DNA of 64,000 nucleotides, taken from Acidimicrobiia bacterium. Its GTDB lineage: Bacteria; Actinomycetota; Acidimicrobiia; Spongiisociales; ZC4RG35. Below, piece by piece: positions 49,244 through 57,688 of this stretch. The position numbers and the translations under genes are program-made. The stretch's first letter is position 1; every line of letters starts with the position of its first letter. Location: NCBI GenBank assembly GCA_965215185.1, contig OZ244034.1:2016001-2080000 (forward strand), written 5' to 3'. A model generated the notes under the pieces. The model saw only the letters and a list, made by a program, of their open reading frames with translations, was not told the DNA's origin and made no database searches.

Positions 49244-50251
49244 GTGGAAAAGCCTTCCCTCCTGGTGTATGGGGACGCTTCGGTCGATATCAGCCTCCGC
49301 ATCGCATACCTTCCCGCCGCCGGACTGGATAGCCCGGCTAGTGACCCGCTGGTGACCGTTGGAGGAGCGGCGGCCAACCCTGCGGCGGTGGCCGCTCGGC
49401 TGGGCGCCCGGGTGAACCTGGTGGCCCGGGTGGGTAACGACCTCTTCACGGACCTCATCACTGAAGACCTGGTTTGGCATGGGGTGGGAATTTCGGGGGT
49501 GCAGATCACCGAAGGGCCATCGGCTCTGGTCGTGGCGCTGATCGATCCTGGCGGACAGCGCACCTTCGTCTCTTCCCGCGGGCCGGCTCGTGGCCTGGTC
49601 GCTTCCGACACCTATCTTCCCCTTCTCGACGAAGCAAGCATGGTCCACCTGATCGGCTACTGCTTCCAAGACTCAGGCTCCCGGTCGACTGCCCTCCATC
49701 TGCGAGACGAGGCCCGCAGCAGGGGAATCCCCATATCCCTCGACCCCTCCGCACTCTTTGCTGAGCGCTATCGGACGGAACTCGACTGGCTGGAAGACAT
49801 TGATTACCTGTTCCCCAGCCTCCAGGAGGCAACCGCCCTCACCGGCCTGACGTCCCCAAGAGATGCGGCCCTGCAACTTCTGGGTTTGGGAGTAAAGACG
49901 GTGGTGATAACAATGGGGGCGAAAGGGTGTTTGATTCAGGACAGAAAGGGCGCCTCGCTCATCCCGGCGGTCACCGATTTTCCGGTGGTGGACACCAACG
50001 GCGCCGGAGACGCTTTTGTCGGCGGGTTTTTGGGGGTGTTGCTGGCCGGAGGCTCTCCCGGCCAAGCCGCCAGAGTGGGCGCCTTGGTGGCCGCCCGGAT
50101 CATCACCGAGGCGGGCGCACACACGACCAGCCCATCCGTGGAGGAATTGCAGCGCCTGGCCGAGACCCTGGAGGATGAGAAGATGATAAAGGCTGTGGAG
50201 ATCCTGGCGGCGCCCCAGGACGCGGCGATGATGAAAGAGGTTGGAGGTTGA
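49244..50251 (+). CDS. PfkB/ribokinase-family kinase (PsuK-like by context)
   Basis: GGAAANPA, RVGNDLF, TMGAKG, VVDTNGAGDAF anion-hole motif. Confidence 0.85.
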   Translation: MEKPSLLVYGDASVDISLRIAYLPAAGLDSPASDPLVTVGGAAANPAAVAARLGARVNLVARVGNDLFTDLITEDLVWHGVGISGVQITEGPSALVVALIDPGGQRTFVSSRGPARGLVASDTYLPLLDEASMVHLIGYCFQDSGSRSTALHLRDEARSRGIPISLDPSALFAERYRTELDWLEDIDYLFPSLQEATALTGLTSPRDAALQLLGLGVKTVVITMGAKGCLIQDRKGASLIPAVTDFPVVDTNGAGDAFVGGFLGVLLAGGSPGQAARVGALVAARIITEAGAHTTSPSVEELQRLAETLEDEKMIKAVEILAAPQDAAMMKEVGG

Positions 50252-51162
50252 TGGAAGCTCCTATCCGTTTGGGGGAAGAGGTCCGAGAGACGCTTCGGGC
50301 GGGGGGACCGGTGGTGGCGCTTGAGACCAGCATCGTCACCCAGGGTATGCCCTATCCCACCAATCTGGAGACCGCTCGGGCCACCCAGGATGCTGTGCGC
50401 CGTGGCGGCGCCGTGCCCGCCCTGATCGGGGTGTTGGGGGGAGAATTGGTGTGCGGGTTGACCGAGGACGAGTTGGAACGCCTGGGAACTTCCCCGAAGG
50501 CCGTCAAGGTCCAGAAGAGAGACTTGCCCCGCATCATCGCCGAAGGAGGGGACGGAGGGGTGACGGTGGGCGCCTCCCTGTTCGCGGCCGCCCACTGCGG
50601 GATCGAAGTGTTCGTGACAGGAGGCATCGGGGGGGTATCCCCGGGAGCGGGGACCTCGTTCGATATCTCCGCCGACCTCTGGGCGATCGCCTCCCATCCA
50701 TGCATCACGGTATGCGCCGGGACCAAAGCGTTCATGGATGTGGCGGCAACCTTGGAATACCTGGAAACGATCTCTGTGCCGGTGGCGGTGTGGAGGTCCC
50801 GCAGCTTCCCCTGGTTCTACAGCACCGACAGCGGGGTCGAAGTGGAGTGGAGGGTGGATGAGACTCTCCAGTTGGCCCGCGCCTTTCGGGTAGGCCGGCA
50901 GATGGGATGGAAGGGAGGAACCCTGCTGGGCGTTCCGATCCCCCCAGAGCACGCCTTGGACCCACAGACCACCCGGGATGCGGTGGCATACGCCTTGGGG
51001 GAACTGGAGAGACGGAAGATCTCAGGCAAGGAGGTAACTCCGTTCCTGCTTCAGGCCGTATTCGAGTACACCAGTGGCGCTTCTCTGGCAGCCAACACCG
51101 CCTTGATCCAAAACAATGCCATGGTCGGGGGCAAACTAGCCTTAGCTCTGGCCGGTTGCTGA
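50251..51162 (+). CDS. psuG: Pseudouridine-5'-phosphate glycosidase (PsuG/IndA) family protein
   Basis: PVVALET, GMPYP.N, VFVTGGIGGV, FDISADL, VCAGTK, LEYLET, GKEVTPFLL, NNA; TGATG overlap. Confidence 0.8.
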   Translation: MEAPIRLGEEVRETLRAGGPVVALETSIVTQGMPYPTNLETARATQDAVRRGGAVPALIGVLGGELVCGLTEDELERLGTSPKAVKVQKRDLPRIIAEGGDGGVTVGASLFAAAHCGIEVFVTGGIGGVSPGAGTSFDISADLWAIASHPCITVCAGTKAFMDVAATLEYLETISVPVAVWRSRSFPWFYSTDSGVEVEWRVDETLQLARAFRVGRQMGWKGGTLLGVPIPPEHALDPQTTRDAVAYALGELERRKISGKEVTPFLLQAVFEYTSGASLAANTALIQNNAMVGGKLALALAGC

Positions 51163-51185
51163 CACCTGGAAGACTTCCTTCGTCT

Positions 51186-52535
51186 ATGACCAGATCACGT
51201 TTTGCAAGCCTGTGCATCGCATTGCTTGTCCTGGCGGCCGGATGCGGAGGCAACGGCGGTGAGGCAGTTGTCTCACCCACCGGGTCCCCGGAAGGGACAG
51301 TTACTCAGACCACTGCCGGTGGCCCCGACACCTCAGATGAACAGGCATCTGCATCCAGCCTGGATCCCGCCGGCCCGACCGACACCCAGCCGGAAACCCC
51401 CGGAGACACCCAGCCCCAAACAACCACCACCTTGGCGCCGCTTCGGGGTCTGCGCTACGAGCCGGTCTTCTCTGATGTCCGGAACGTACTGGATCATGAA
51501 TTCGCGATGCCGGTCCAAATCACCGGGCGTCCCGGGGGGGAGCACACTTACATGATCACCCGGGAGGGAAGGGTGTGGATAGTCGAGGAAGGCACCTTTT
51601 CCAATCCGCCTGTCCTGGATTTGAGGGACACCATCCTGATCGGATCGGAAACCGGAATGCTGGGCATTGCCCTTCACCCCTCGGATCCTCAGCGGATGTT
51701 TCTCTACTACACCGATCTCGAGTTCGACATAAACATTGCTGAATACCGGCTGGATGAAACTCTACGAACCGCCATTCCATCCAGCGCCAAGACCCTGATC
51801 AAGATACTCACCCGAAGCGACTTACACAAGGGAGGAATGATCGCCTTCGGACCGGACGGGTACCTGTACATCGGGGTCGGGGACGACGGGTCCTACTTCA
51901 ACGGACAAGACCCCTCGACCATGTTCGCGTCGATTCTTCGCATCGACGTGGACCGTGGCGACCCCTACGCCATCCCCGACGACCATCCTCCCCTCACCCC
52001 GGACACTCCCGAAGTGTACGTCTACGGTGTCCGCAACCCCTGGCGGTTCTGGATAGACCCGGCAACCAATCTCATCTACATTGGCGATGTCGGTTCTGAC
52101 GCTTTCGAAGAGATCGACATAACCTCCCTCGACGCACCCGGCGCCAATTTCGGGTGGTCGATCCTGGAGGGTCATGAGTGGGGGCCCTTCAAGAAAGGCA
52201 TCAGATGCAAGGAGAACCCGGGAACATGCGACACCAGCAGCTTCATTCTTCCGGCCCTTGCTCTGGGGCATGGCCCGGACATCTGCGCGGTGGTGGGTGG
52301 TGTGGTGTACCGGGGACCAGCCATCCCGGAACTGCACGGCCACTACTTCTATTCGGATCTTTGCGGAGGCTTTCTCCGTAGCTTCCGATGGGACGAATCG
52401 CTGGCCGTGGACCTCCGTGATTGGACTCCGGACGTGGGCCGGCTGGTCCAGCTGTTCTCCTTCGGTGTTGACGCCCGTGGGGAGATGTATGTACTCACCG
52501 CTGACGATGTCTTCCGGATAGCCCCGGTGCGCTGA
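51186..52535 (+). CDS. PQQ-dependent sugar dehydrogenase (glucose/sorbosone dehydrogenase) lipoprotein
   Basis: Lipobox AAGC, Thr/Pro-rich linker, GMLGIALHP, HKGG.IAFGPDGYLYIG.GD, GVRNPWRF, NFGW. Confidence 0.85.
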   Translation: MTRSRFASLCIALLVLAAGCGGNGGEAVVSPTGSPEGTVTQTTAGGPDTSDEQASASSLDPAGPTDTQPETPGDTQPQTTTTLAPLRGLRYEPVFSDVRNVLDHEFAMPVQITGRPGGEHTYMITREGRVWIVEEGTFSNPPVLDLRDTILIGSETGMLGIALHPSDPQRMFLYYTDLEFDINIAEYRLDETLRTAIPSSAKTLIKILTRSDLHKGGMIAFGPDGYLYIGVGDDGSYFNGQDPSTMFASILRIDVDRGDPYAIPDDHPPLTPDTPEVYVYGVRNPWRFWIDPATNLIYIGDVGSDAFEEIDITSLDAPGANFGWSILEGHEWGPFKKGIRCKENPGTCDTSSFILPALALGHGPDICAVVGGVVYRGPAIPELHGHYFYSDLCGGFLRSFRWDESLAVDLRDWTPDVGRLVQLFSFGVDARGEMYVLTADDVFRIAPVR

Positions 52536-52823
52536 TCCCAACCGACCCAGGTCAGTTGGGGACGGCTCACCTGACCCCATCCGCGGTATCACTATCCGAC
52601 ATCCACAGACTTCCGACCCTGCTAAGGTTTTCTGTGGTAGGCGCCTCACCCGTGGCGTGCCGTAACCCAGCCAAGGGCGGATTTGCTGAAAAAAGTCAGG
52701 TTGCCATTGATACGGGCCAGTATGAGTTCTTGGGTCGAGGGGACATGCACGTTGCTTTCTCAGACCTCGGGCAAGAGAACTGACGAAGCTAGGGGACTGG
52801 CTGAAGTCGAGGCCCCACCCACC

Positions 52824-55800
52824 ATGCGTAACAATTCCTTCCGCGCTCCCCGCCTTTTCACTCGCCTTACCATCTCCGTCTCCCTGCTGGCGGTGCTGGC
52901 TGTTCTCGGTTCAGGGATTGGCTTCGCACAGGATGCAACGCCGCCGGCGTTGAGCAGCGCCACCGTTGTTGGCTCGACGCTCACGGTCACCTACGACAGA
53001 GCCATGGACCCGGGCGCCAGACCCCAAGCGACGGCGTTCAACGTAATGGTGGAGGGCGCCGATCGCCAGGTCGCGGCAGTGGACATCTACCAAAGCACGG
53101 TGACGTTGATTCTCCAGGCGCCGGTCTCGCCCGGTGAGGCGGTGAGGCTGAGTTACAACAAGCCGGCAATGCGGGCCATGCAGGACCTTGGCGGAACCAA
53201 GGCGGAGGGATTCGGCGAGTTGGCGGTAGCCAATGGAACCCGGGCCGCCGCCCCCCGCCTGTGGGCGGCTCATGTGGAAAGTGAGGGGATGGTCCTGACC
53301 TACAGCCGACATCTCGATGATGAATCCATGCCCTCTAGCGAAGACTTCAAAGTCGCCGCCGCTTCTTCAGGCCCGCCGCGGGACGTGGGGGTGAGCGCCG
53401 TCGCCATCAATGGATCGCGGCTGCTGTTGACATTGACGGCCGCGGTGGCCTCCGATGAGGCGGTGTTGGTGAGCTATGCGCCCGGTGACTCACCCATTCG
53501 GGATCTTGACGGCGTTACGGCGGCGGCAATCAGCGGTTACCCGGTGACGGTCGCCACTGCGCCGCTGACCTCCCTGGCGCAGCTGGAAGTGACCGAAGCC
53601 GACCTCGCCACCCCTCGAGCCATGTACCCGGCGTTTCATCCGGATATCCACCACTACGCGGTGCGCTGCACGGAGGGTGACGCCATCACCCTGAGTTTGT
53701 CCAGGCAGGCCGACCGGACGAGTCTCACAGTAGACGGTCTCAGTTACTCGGGGATTCACTCCCGGCATCGGGCCACCGGCCTTTCCGAAGACACGGACTT
53801 GGTGATCACGCTCACTGACCTCGGCAGGTCGTCCACCTATGTGGTGCACTGCATCCCCGAACACTTCCCGTTCGTCACCGCCAACGTCCATGCTGGCGCT
53901 TCCGACTCGCTGATCACGTTCAGCGTAAGCGTAAGGAACGCCAAAAATGAACTCGTGTACCTCTACGGGATACTCGACAACAACGGAGTCCCTCGGTTCC
54001 ATCGGGAGAACAAAAAGCGAGTGGTGCATTTCCGGCCCCATCCCAACGGCGCCTACCCGTACGCCTTCTTAGAGAATTCCGGTGTGATCCCCCGTCCCTC
54101 CGGATACAACCGGCCTCAGACATATGAGGCTGTGATATTGGACAAGGACTTCAACGAGGTGGACCGTGCTACAACCACGCCCGACATCCTGCACACCGAC
54201 CCCCACGACTTCATCATCAAGGAGGACGGCGACTACGTGCTCCTGGCCTATGAGACCGCATATCGCGACCTGAGTTCCTTGACCAAACCTGATGGGACCT
54301 ACTGGGGCGACAACGTACCCGTAGATGACTCGATCGTCCAGGTAGTCACCCCCGGCACTGAGCCGATGGCCGACGGTCAATCCGTGCTCCTTTGGAATTC
54401 CATTGACCATGTGGAACTGGGAGACTGCAAGCAGCATTTCTTCCCGCACGATTACGCCCATGTGAATTCGCTGCAGGTTCTGGACAACGGAGACATTCTC
54501 GCCTCGTTCCGAGGCTGTTCGCAGATATACCTGATCAACGGCGAGACCGGCGAGGTGATTTGGAAGGTCGGCCGCAGCAACTCGACATCCCCCGAATGGA
54601 GAGCGAACCTGCTCACCGTCACCGGTGACCCTTTCGGCGAGTTCTGCGGACAGCACGCCGCCAACTTGCTCGACAACGGCAACCTCCTGCTATTTGACAA
54701 CGGGACGGCTTGCCAAGTCGATGAAACAACCTTCCTCTCCCAGCGCCCCAGTTCACAATTCAGCCGGGTGGTGGAGTACTCGATCGACACCACCGCCAAG
54801 CAGGCGACCTTCGTACGCGACCATTCCTACCGAAACGGCTATGACACCTGGTCCAGCTCCGCTGGTCTGGTGGCGCCGCTGGAAAACGGGAACTGGCTGA
54901 TCAGTTGGGGCTCGATGAGAAACCTGGACAACAACCTTGCCACCCCTCCACCCCCGGGCGAAACTCTCACCGAGGTCGATCCTGACACCAACGAAGAAGT
55001 GTTCTCCCTGCGGATGGCCAGCCAGGGAGACCTGCTCACCACCAGGGCCTACCGCGTTCCCTACGACGCCGTGCAGCATCACACCGTCGACGTCACCGGC
55101 CCCGCGGTCAGCTTCGCCACCGTCGATGGCAACATCGTGGAACTCACATTCGAAGAAGATCTCGACGAGACATCCAATCCGGAGCAGGGCGATTTCGCCG
55201 TCCTGGTGAACGGCGACTCTGTTCCCCTCTCCGGGGACCCCATGGTGGCCGGACTAAAAGTACGGTTCAATCTGGAAACAGCGCCTTCCCCCGGCGACAC
55301 CGTAACCGTTGCCTACACCGGCGCCGCCCTAGAGGACACGGCGGCCGATCCCAACCCGGTGGCTTCGTTCGGACCCCTTGTAGCAACCAAGGTCTTCTCC
55401 GACATCGCCGGCCATAGCCTGGCCAGGGAGATCATGTGGCTCACCGCGCAGGGAATCACTCGCGGCTGCGCTCCCGACCGATACTGCCCCGACCAAACCG
55501 TCACCCGAGAACAAATGGCCACCTTCCTGGCCCGAGCCCTCAACCTCCCCGCCACCAACACCGACCACTTCACCGACGACAACAACTCAAGCCACCAAAA
55601 CGACATCAACCGCCTAGCCCAAACCAACATCGCCCTCGGGTGCGCCCCCAACCGATACTGCCCCGACCAAACCGTCACCCGAGAACAAATGGCCGCCTTC
55701 CTGGCCCGAGCCCTCAACCTCCCCGCCACCAACACCGACCACTTCACCGACGACAACAACTCAAGCCACCAAAACGACATCAACCGCCTAGCCCAAACCA

Positions 55801-55925
55801 ACATCGCCCTCGGGTGCGCCCCCAACCGATACTGCCCCGACCAAACCGTCACCCGAGAACAAATGGCCGCCGTCCTCTACCGGGCCAGGGACCTCATCGC
55901 CACAGTTCAACATCAACCTCAATAG
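52824..55925 (+). CDS. Secreted aryl-sulfate sulfotransferase-like protein with SwmB-type repeats and C-terminal SLH domains
   Basis: Signal peptide; SwmB-like units (PPALSSATVVGSTLTVTYD); ASST-like motifs DPHDF, DYAHVNS, CGQHAA, LFDNG; three SLH repeats. Confidence 0.8.
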   Translation: MRNNSFRAPRLFTRLTISVSLLAVLAVLGSGIGFAQDATPPALSSATVVGSTLTVTYDRAMDPGARPQATAFNVMVEGADRQVAAVDIYQSTVTLILQAPVSPGEAVRLSYNKPAMRAMQDLGGTKAEGFGELAVANGTRAAAPRLWAAHVESEGMVLTYSRHLDDESMPSSEDFKVAAASSGPPRDVGVSAVAINGSRLLLTLTAAVASDEAVLVSYAPGDSPIRDLDGVTAAAISGYPVTVATAPLTSLAQLEVTEADLATPRAMYPAFHPDIHHYAVRCTEGDAITLSLSRQADRTSLTVDGLSYSGIHSRHRATGLSEDTDLVITLTDLGRSSTYVVHCIPEHFPFVTANVHAGASDSLITFSVSVRNAKNELVYLYGILDNNGVPRFHRENKKRVVHFRPHPNGAYPYAFLENSGVIPRPSGYNRPQTYEAVILDKDFNEVDRATTTPDILHTDPHDFIIKEDGDYVLLAYETAYRDLSSLTKPDGTYWGDNVPVDDSIVQVVTPGTEPMADGQSVLLWNSIDHVELGDCKQHFFPHDYAHVNSLQVLDNGDILASFRGCSQIYLINGETGEVIWKVGRSNSTSPEWRANLLTVTGDPFGEFCGQHAANLLDNGNLLLFDNGTACQVDETTFLSQRPSSQFSRVVEYSIDTTAKQATFVRDHSYRNGYDTWSSSAGLVAPLENGNWLISWGSMRNLDNNLATPPPPGETLTEVDPDTNEEVFSLRMASQGDLLTTRAYRVPYDAVQHHTVDVTGPAVSFATVDGNIVELTFEEDLDETSNPEQGDFAVLVNGDSVPLSGDPMVAGLKVRFNLETAPSPGDTVTVAYTGAALEDTAADPNPVASFGPLVATKVFSDIAGHSLAREIMWLTAQGITRGCAPDRYCPDQTVTREQMATFLARALNLPATNTDHFTDDNNSSHQNDINRLAQTNIALGCAPNRYCPDQTVTREQMAAFLARALNLPATNTDHFTDDNNSSHQNDINRLAQTNIALGCAPNRYCPDQTVTREQMAAVLYRARDLIATVQHQPQ
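55477..55871 (+). repeat. 174-bp near-perfect tandem repeat (about 2.3 copies) encoding 58-aa SLH units
   Basis: ACCGATACTGCCCCGACCAAACCG recurs at 55477, 55651 and 55825; copies 1 and 2 appear to differ at a single base. Confidence 0.95.
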
Positions 55926-56282
55926 GCCTTGATAAAACAAAGGCACCCTCGCAATAGGAAGAGCGCACAGGCTGAATCCGACATCTCACACGTCACTGTC
56001 CGCGGCTACACCATCAAAGATGGTCTCCAGCACCTCCTTTGAGCGACACGGTCACAATCACCAAAGCCGGGGGTCCATAGCTCACAGATTCGGCGTAAAC
56101 CGGCACTTCGGAAGAGAGTGGGGAGTTGGGAATCCGTCGATTGGGAGGTCGCGGGTATAGACGCGGTGCTGCGACGCCGTGGTGGCACCGCTCGCCGGTG
56201 CCGAGTTGAACGAGTGGCCACCGTAACTCGCAGTGACCATCCACTTGGCGGGCCGCAGCCTCTGGTAATAGGCTGATTTCGC

Positions 56283-56942
56283 ATGAGCGCCACACTGGAG
56301 AACACTCCCGACGGCCAAACTTGGGCGGCGACCCGAACGGTGGACATTTGGCGAAACGTTGCACAAACAACACCGATTGTCCAGTTCTTTACCGGCATGT
56401 TCGACGTTATCGGTGTCACGATCGAAGAAACCGGTGAGGAACTGACCATAAGAACAACTGGGGACAGGATCGAAATCGAGGAGGGTATGCCCGACACGTA
56501 CGATTTTTTGGTGCCCCTAAAAGTGGAGAACGTTACGAACATGGTGTCCCATGCCGCTAAAGGAACCTTGGACAGTTTCGCTACGTGGCGAGTGGCCTCC
56601 GTTCTGTTCACACCATTGACGCGGGAAACCTTGAAGAACCCCATTATGTCAAACGGGGCGTTGAGGGTGCTGGGCCGAGTGGAAGACCTTATACATGTCA
56701 AACTGGTCGGACCCGACGATGAACATGTGGCCGAGCACACCCTCGTTTTCGCCGGCAAGCAATGGCTGGTCGTGGAAGGGGCACACGGGCAGCCACGGAG
56801 AGTGTTCCGTCTTACCGGGGAGCAATGTGTCGAATACCAAAAGCAGGTGTTCAAAGCTATGAAGGCCAACACGGTCAGAGGCTGGTGGCGTTTCGGGCGT
56901 TGGTATAACACCTGGCGCGCCGGAGTGTCTGTCCGAACCTAA
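56283..56942 (+). CDS. Hypothetical protein (possibly two SCP2-like units)
   Basis: Clean 219-aa ORF with TAGGCT 8 nt upstream; weak internal periodicity. Confidence 0.6.
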   Translation: MSATLENTPDGQTWAATRTVDIWRNVAQTTPIVQFFTGMFDVIGVTIEETGEELTIRTTGDRIEIEEGMPDTYDFLVPLKVENVTNMVSHAAKGTLDSFATWRVASVLFTPLTRETLKNPIMSNGALRVLGRVEDLIHVKLVGPDDEHVAEHTLVFAGKQWLVVEGAHGQPRRVFRLTGEQCVEYQKQVFKAMKANTVRGWWRFGRWYNTWRAGVSVRT

Positions 56943-56994
56943 CGCTGAGAATGGAAGGGGACCTATATCCCTGAAGGGACCTACATCCTTAACG

Positions 56995-57660
56995 GGGTCA
57001 TCGAAGTTGGTGGGGAGTGGTGGTGAGTAGGTTCCAGTTGGGTTTTCCGGCGTAGAGGAGTGCTCGGATTCTGTAGTTGCCGAAGTTGCGGAACCCGAAC
57101 GCTGCTCGTTTGATGCGCTTGATCAGGTTGTTCATGGCTTCGATGGGTCCATTGGTTACCGCTGACAGATGCCGATTGGTGATCTGGGTAGCCCAGCGGG
57201 CGATAGTGGGTCCGAGGCGGTTCATCTCATGGGGCAGTGACCGGTTCTTGGAGGTCGCCCGCTAGCTGGGTGGTGAACTCTGTGGCCAGTTTCGGGCAGC
57301 CTATTCGGTAGATGTCCCGGACGCTTTCCTTGGCGTGCCCGGCATTGCGGACTTCTCCGTAAGGGTCACCAGCTTAAAGGAGGCCTTTGATACGATCTTC
57401 ACCGCGGGTGTCGAGCCGTTCTTAGGCCATGGTCAACAGTCGTCTCGTCCGGGAGAGAGGATCGCCTTTTCGACCTCGATGACCCAACGTCTCGTTCTGA
57501 ACACGGCGCGGACCTCTTCTAGTCGCTGCTTCACCAAGCGTGTCACATGGAAAGGATCGGCTACCTGCAAAGCCAGAGCCCGTAAACCGCGCGCTCCGAT
57601 TGTCACCTCAGCGGACCCACCACAGGTCGTTGTCGATGTGGTCGGTGTCCCGGCCACATC
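56995..57660 (-). mobile_element. Degenerate ISL3-family insertion sequence (transposase pseudogene)
   Basis: Fragments QVADPFHV, RVQNETLGHRGRKGDPL, AKESVRDIY and TNGPIEAMNNLIKRIKRAAFGFRNF.NYRIRALLYAG, broken by frameshifts and TAA stops; GGGTCATCG end resembles an ISL3 inverted repeat. Confidence 0.85.
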
Positions 57661-57688
57661 CCCACTTGGAGTTTCGGGTTGGAAAGCT

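Noticed and set aside
55477-55871. CRISPR array or diversity-generating-retroelement TR/VR pair
   Set aside because: Contiguous in-frame 174-bp units without spacers; only about one mismatch between copies; no cas or reverse-transcriptase gene in the window.
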